The notes under the pieces are model-generated. The model was not told the DNA's origin and searched no databases. It was given only the letters and a program-made list of their open reading frames with translations. A DNA stretch of 63,108 bases, the filler included, from a candidate division TA06 bacterium SM23_40 (GTDB lineage: Bacteria > LJUI01 > SM1-40): the NCBI GenBank assembly GCA_001303705.1. It is 5 parts of 5 records of this genome, joined end to end, with 100 filler letters (N's around TTAATTAATTAA, not from the genome) between each part and the next. Parts side by side here need not be neighbours in the genome. Positions count along the whole stretch, not along the records: positions 58,038 to 63,108 come from LJUI01000188.1; 4 more parts are not named here. One strand, 5' to 3'. Every line of letters starts with the position of its first letter. The stretch's first letter is position 1. The translations under genes and the position numbers were made by a program. Shown in pieces: positions 59,825 to 63,108 of this stretch.

Positions 59825-60403
59825 TCACCCGCCCTGTTCGGGTTCCAGCAACTCTCGAACCACCTCCTCGATCACGCCATATTCGAATCCACGCCGTGCG
59901 AGGAGAGCCACGAGTCTTCTTCTCACAATACCTCGATCGAGCCCGCCATACTGACCGATCTTCTTACGGGCGACTCGCATCGCGAGCGCCCGCTCATCAT
60001 ACTCGTTCTCTATCTCCCGGAGGGCTTCATCGATAATCGCGGCGTCGATCCCCTTGCGCCCGAGTTCCAGTCTGATGACCCGTCTGCCCGCCGGGTTGGT
60101 GGCCAGCCGGTTCCGTATCCAGCCTCGCGAGAACTCCCGGTCATCGAGCAGCCCGACCCGCGACAGATCGAGCACCGTGGCGGCGATCAGGTCCGGGGCA
60201 TACCCCCGGCGCGAAAGCCGTTCCCTTGTCTCGGCCTCGCTCCGCATCCGGTATGAGAGGAGGAGGAGTGCGTACTCTTTCGCCTCCCTCCTCTCTTCAT
60301 CGGGATCGTGTTCCTTTCGCCCGCGCCCGGACCCTCTGCCCTTTGCGCTTCTCCCTCCCATCTCCTCTACCGTCTGGTCTACTCCTTGCACGATGCCGGA
60401 CAT
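59825..60403 (-). CDS. recX: Regulatory protein RecX
   Basis: LLSYRMRSEAE, LLDDREF, ELGRKGI, LARRGF; between recA and alaS; start uncertain. Confidence 0.9.
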   Translation of the reverse strand: MSGIVQGVDQTVEEMGGRSAKGRGSGRGRKEHDPDEERREAKEYALLLLSYRMRSEAETRERLSRRGYAPDLIAATVLDLSRVGLLDDREFSRGWIRNRLATNPAGRRVIRLELGRKGIDAAIIDEALREIENEYDERALAMRVARKKIGQYGGLDRGIVRRRLVALLARRGFEYGVIEEVVRELLEPEQGG

Positions 60404-60421
60404 CGCTCGACAGACAGGGGA

Positions 60422-61543
<1,122 letters not shown>

Positions 61544-61668
61544 CTCTCTCGCCTCCTTTATGACCCTGTCGGCCTTCCGCAGCCGATCGCTCTCTCCTCG
61601 GCTCGGGACCGGTGCCTCCCGGACTCGTTCTCTCGACTGCTCAACTACTCAGTCACTCAGTATTGCGA

Positions 61669-62268
61669 TCACTCACATCTATTATTATCTTCTGCTCTTT
61701 CCGAGGCAAGCAGCACCCGATGCAACGGTGTATAGATCGGCCCGTGCGGCGTGAGATCACTGCGCATGATCGTCAACCCATCAACAACGCACGTCTGCAC
61801 GTCGAACGTGACCTTCGCCAGCGGCTCACTCATATCCACGCCGCGCCCGCGCCCCTTGATCCTCCCTATCGTTACATGTGGTTTGAACCGCCTCGATTCG
61901 CGATCGAACCCTCGATCGGCGAGTGAGGCCTCCAGCCGTTCAGCCAGAGCCCCGAGGAGCTCCCGACCCTGATCCAGACCCACCCAGATGACCCGTGCCC
62001 GTCGCGGACCAGGGAACGCTCCCAGGTCCATGAGGGACATCCCGAACGGAGCGTACCCGGCGGCCGCTTCTTCGGTCCCCTCCCTCAATGGTGAGACTCT
62101 CTCTTCGGGTATGTTGCCGAGGAACTTCAATGTGAGGTGGATGTTATGAGGTGCGACCCACCGCACCTGTCCGTGGGCATCGCCGAGCTCCTGCTGCAGC
62201 GAGCCCAGCGTATCCCTCACCTCAGATGGCAACTCCACGGCGATGAACGTGCGGATCCCCTCGCTCAT
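61669..62268 (-). CDS. thpR: RNA 2',3'-cyclic phosphodiesterase (2'-5' RNA ligase)
   Basis: RTFIAV, HLTLKFLG, PHVTIGR (two HxT motifs), GPIY. Confidence 0.93.
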   Translation of the reverse strand: MSEGIRTFIAVELPSEVRDTLGSLQQELGDAHGQVRWVAPHNIHLTLKFLGNIPEERVSPLREGTEEAAAGYAPFGMSLMDLGAFPGPRRARVIWVGLDQGRELLGALAERLEASLADRGFDRESRRFKPHVTIGRIKGRGRGVDMSEPLAKVTFDVQTCVVDGLTIMRSDLTPHGPIYTPLHRVLLASERAEDNNRCE

Positions 62269-63108
62269 CTGTCTGTCTCCCCACCTGCCCGGACCTCCCC
62301 CTTCCCGTCCGCGGCCGCCCGGGGGGAGGGAGCATTCGATAGAGATCGCCTCACGAGATCGAGTCCACGCACGGCCGCACGATGTCTGACGAGTTCCCGC
62401 GATCCGGGCAAGCGCCACTCCTCCGAGAACTCACGTCCTTCTATGTCGAGGGCGAGGTACACCAATCCGACCGGCTTTGATGACGAGCCCCCGCCCGGCC
62501 CGGCGATGCCCGTGATTGCGAGGCCGACGTCAGCGTCGCAGGCCCTGCGGACGCCCTTCGCCATCGCGAGAGCCACGGACCGGCTCACCGCTCCGTGCGC
62601 GGCGAGAAGATCGCTCGGGACGGAGAGGAGCTGTCGCTTCGCCTCATCGGCATAGGAGACGATTCCACCCAGGAAGTAGTCAGAACTGCCCGGCACGTTG
62701 GTGATACGCCCCATGACGAGCCCACCAGTGCAGGACTCGGCGGCCGCAAGCGTCAGACCTGCGTCGCGCAGCATGCGGCCCACCACCTCCTCGATCCTCT
62801 CTCCCTCACGACCGTATACACACTCTCCCAGAAGTCCCGCGATTATCTGCTCCGCAGCATCGAGTCGCTTCGCGGCTCCCGCCTCGTCGACCGGACCGGT
62901 CGCTATCCTCACATCGACACCATCGCCGGTGGGCAGATAGGAAAGGCGCACTCCTTCGGGCAACCCCTCCAGCCGCGCGAGATCTCCGGCTATCTCTGCC
63001 TCGGGTCTCCCGACGGTGCGGAGGGTGCGGTACACGATCACCCTGCCACCGCTTTTCTGCTCGAGATAGGGTACGACTCCTTCCTCAAACGTGGCCTCCG
63101 CCTCCCAT
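62265..63108 (-). CDS. cinA: Competence/damage-inducible protein CinA (NMN deamidase domain), 5' part outside window
   Basis: AESCTGG, VPGSSDYF.GG..SY, HGAVS, ITGIAGPGGG..KPVGLVY; frame open to window end. Confidence 0.93.
   Translation of the reverse strand, partial: WEAEATFEEGVVPYLEQKSGGRVIVYRTLRTVGRPEAEIAGDLARLEGLPEGVRLSYLPTGDGVDVRIATGPVDEAGAAKRLDAAEQIIAGLLGECVYGREGERIEEVVGRMLRDAGLTLAAAESCTGGLVMGRITNVPGSSDYFLGGIVSYADEAKRQLLSVPSDLLAAHGAVSRSVALAMAKGVRRACDADVGLAITGIAGPGGGSSSKPVGLVYLALDIEGREFSEEWRLPGSRELVRHRAAVRGLDLVRRSLSNAPSPRAAADGKGEVRAGGETDR

Noticed and set aside
61545..61668. LexA box upstream of recA
   Set aside because: Only short ACTCA repeats are visible; no recognisable SOS palindrome.

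Overview
This window is not one continuous locus. It is five contig pieces from a high-GC bacterial draft or metagenome bin, joined by artificial ~100-nt N-spacers carrying TTAATTAATTAA (16511-16610, 31265-31364, 44640-44740, 57938-58037), so adjacency across spacers means nothing. Piece 1 is a Wzy-type surface polysaccharide cluster: GT2, three GT4, a GH39-like lipoprotein, polymerase/ligase, co-polymerase, two tiny membrane proteins, UDP-GlcA decarboxylase, Wza-like exporter, radical SAM, UbiA-type phosphoribosyltransferase and GT-C, followed by a DnaJ-TPR/roadblock pair. Piece 2 holds TPR-pepP-efp-accB-pilT-accC, a sugar amidotransferase, recG, a repeat array, rpmB and a radical SAM gene. 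Piece 3 holds the start of a Na+-type V/A-ATPase operon with rex, archease, a run of small archaeal-like genes and secreted proteins. Piece 4 holds mreBCD-mrdA-rodA-lgt, pgi and a gingipain-like protein. Piece 5 holds cinA-thpR-recA-recX-alaS. Gene content suggests an anaerobic FCB-related candidate lineage (TA06/Latescibacterota-like; inference only). I saw no rRNA, tRNA, CRISPR array or transposase. Best leads: (1) a radical SAM-UbiA-GT-C module lacking DprE1/E2; (2) matching Rex operators at both rex and the ATPase operon; (3) a modular repeat array behind its own promoter; (4) PilT inserted between accB and accC; (5) several intergenic minisatellites; (6) three small deletions in conserved genes that may be assembly errors. 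All family calls come from motif recognition by eye; no database searches were run.
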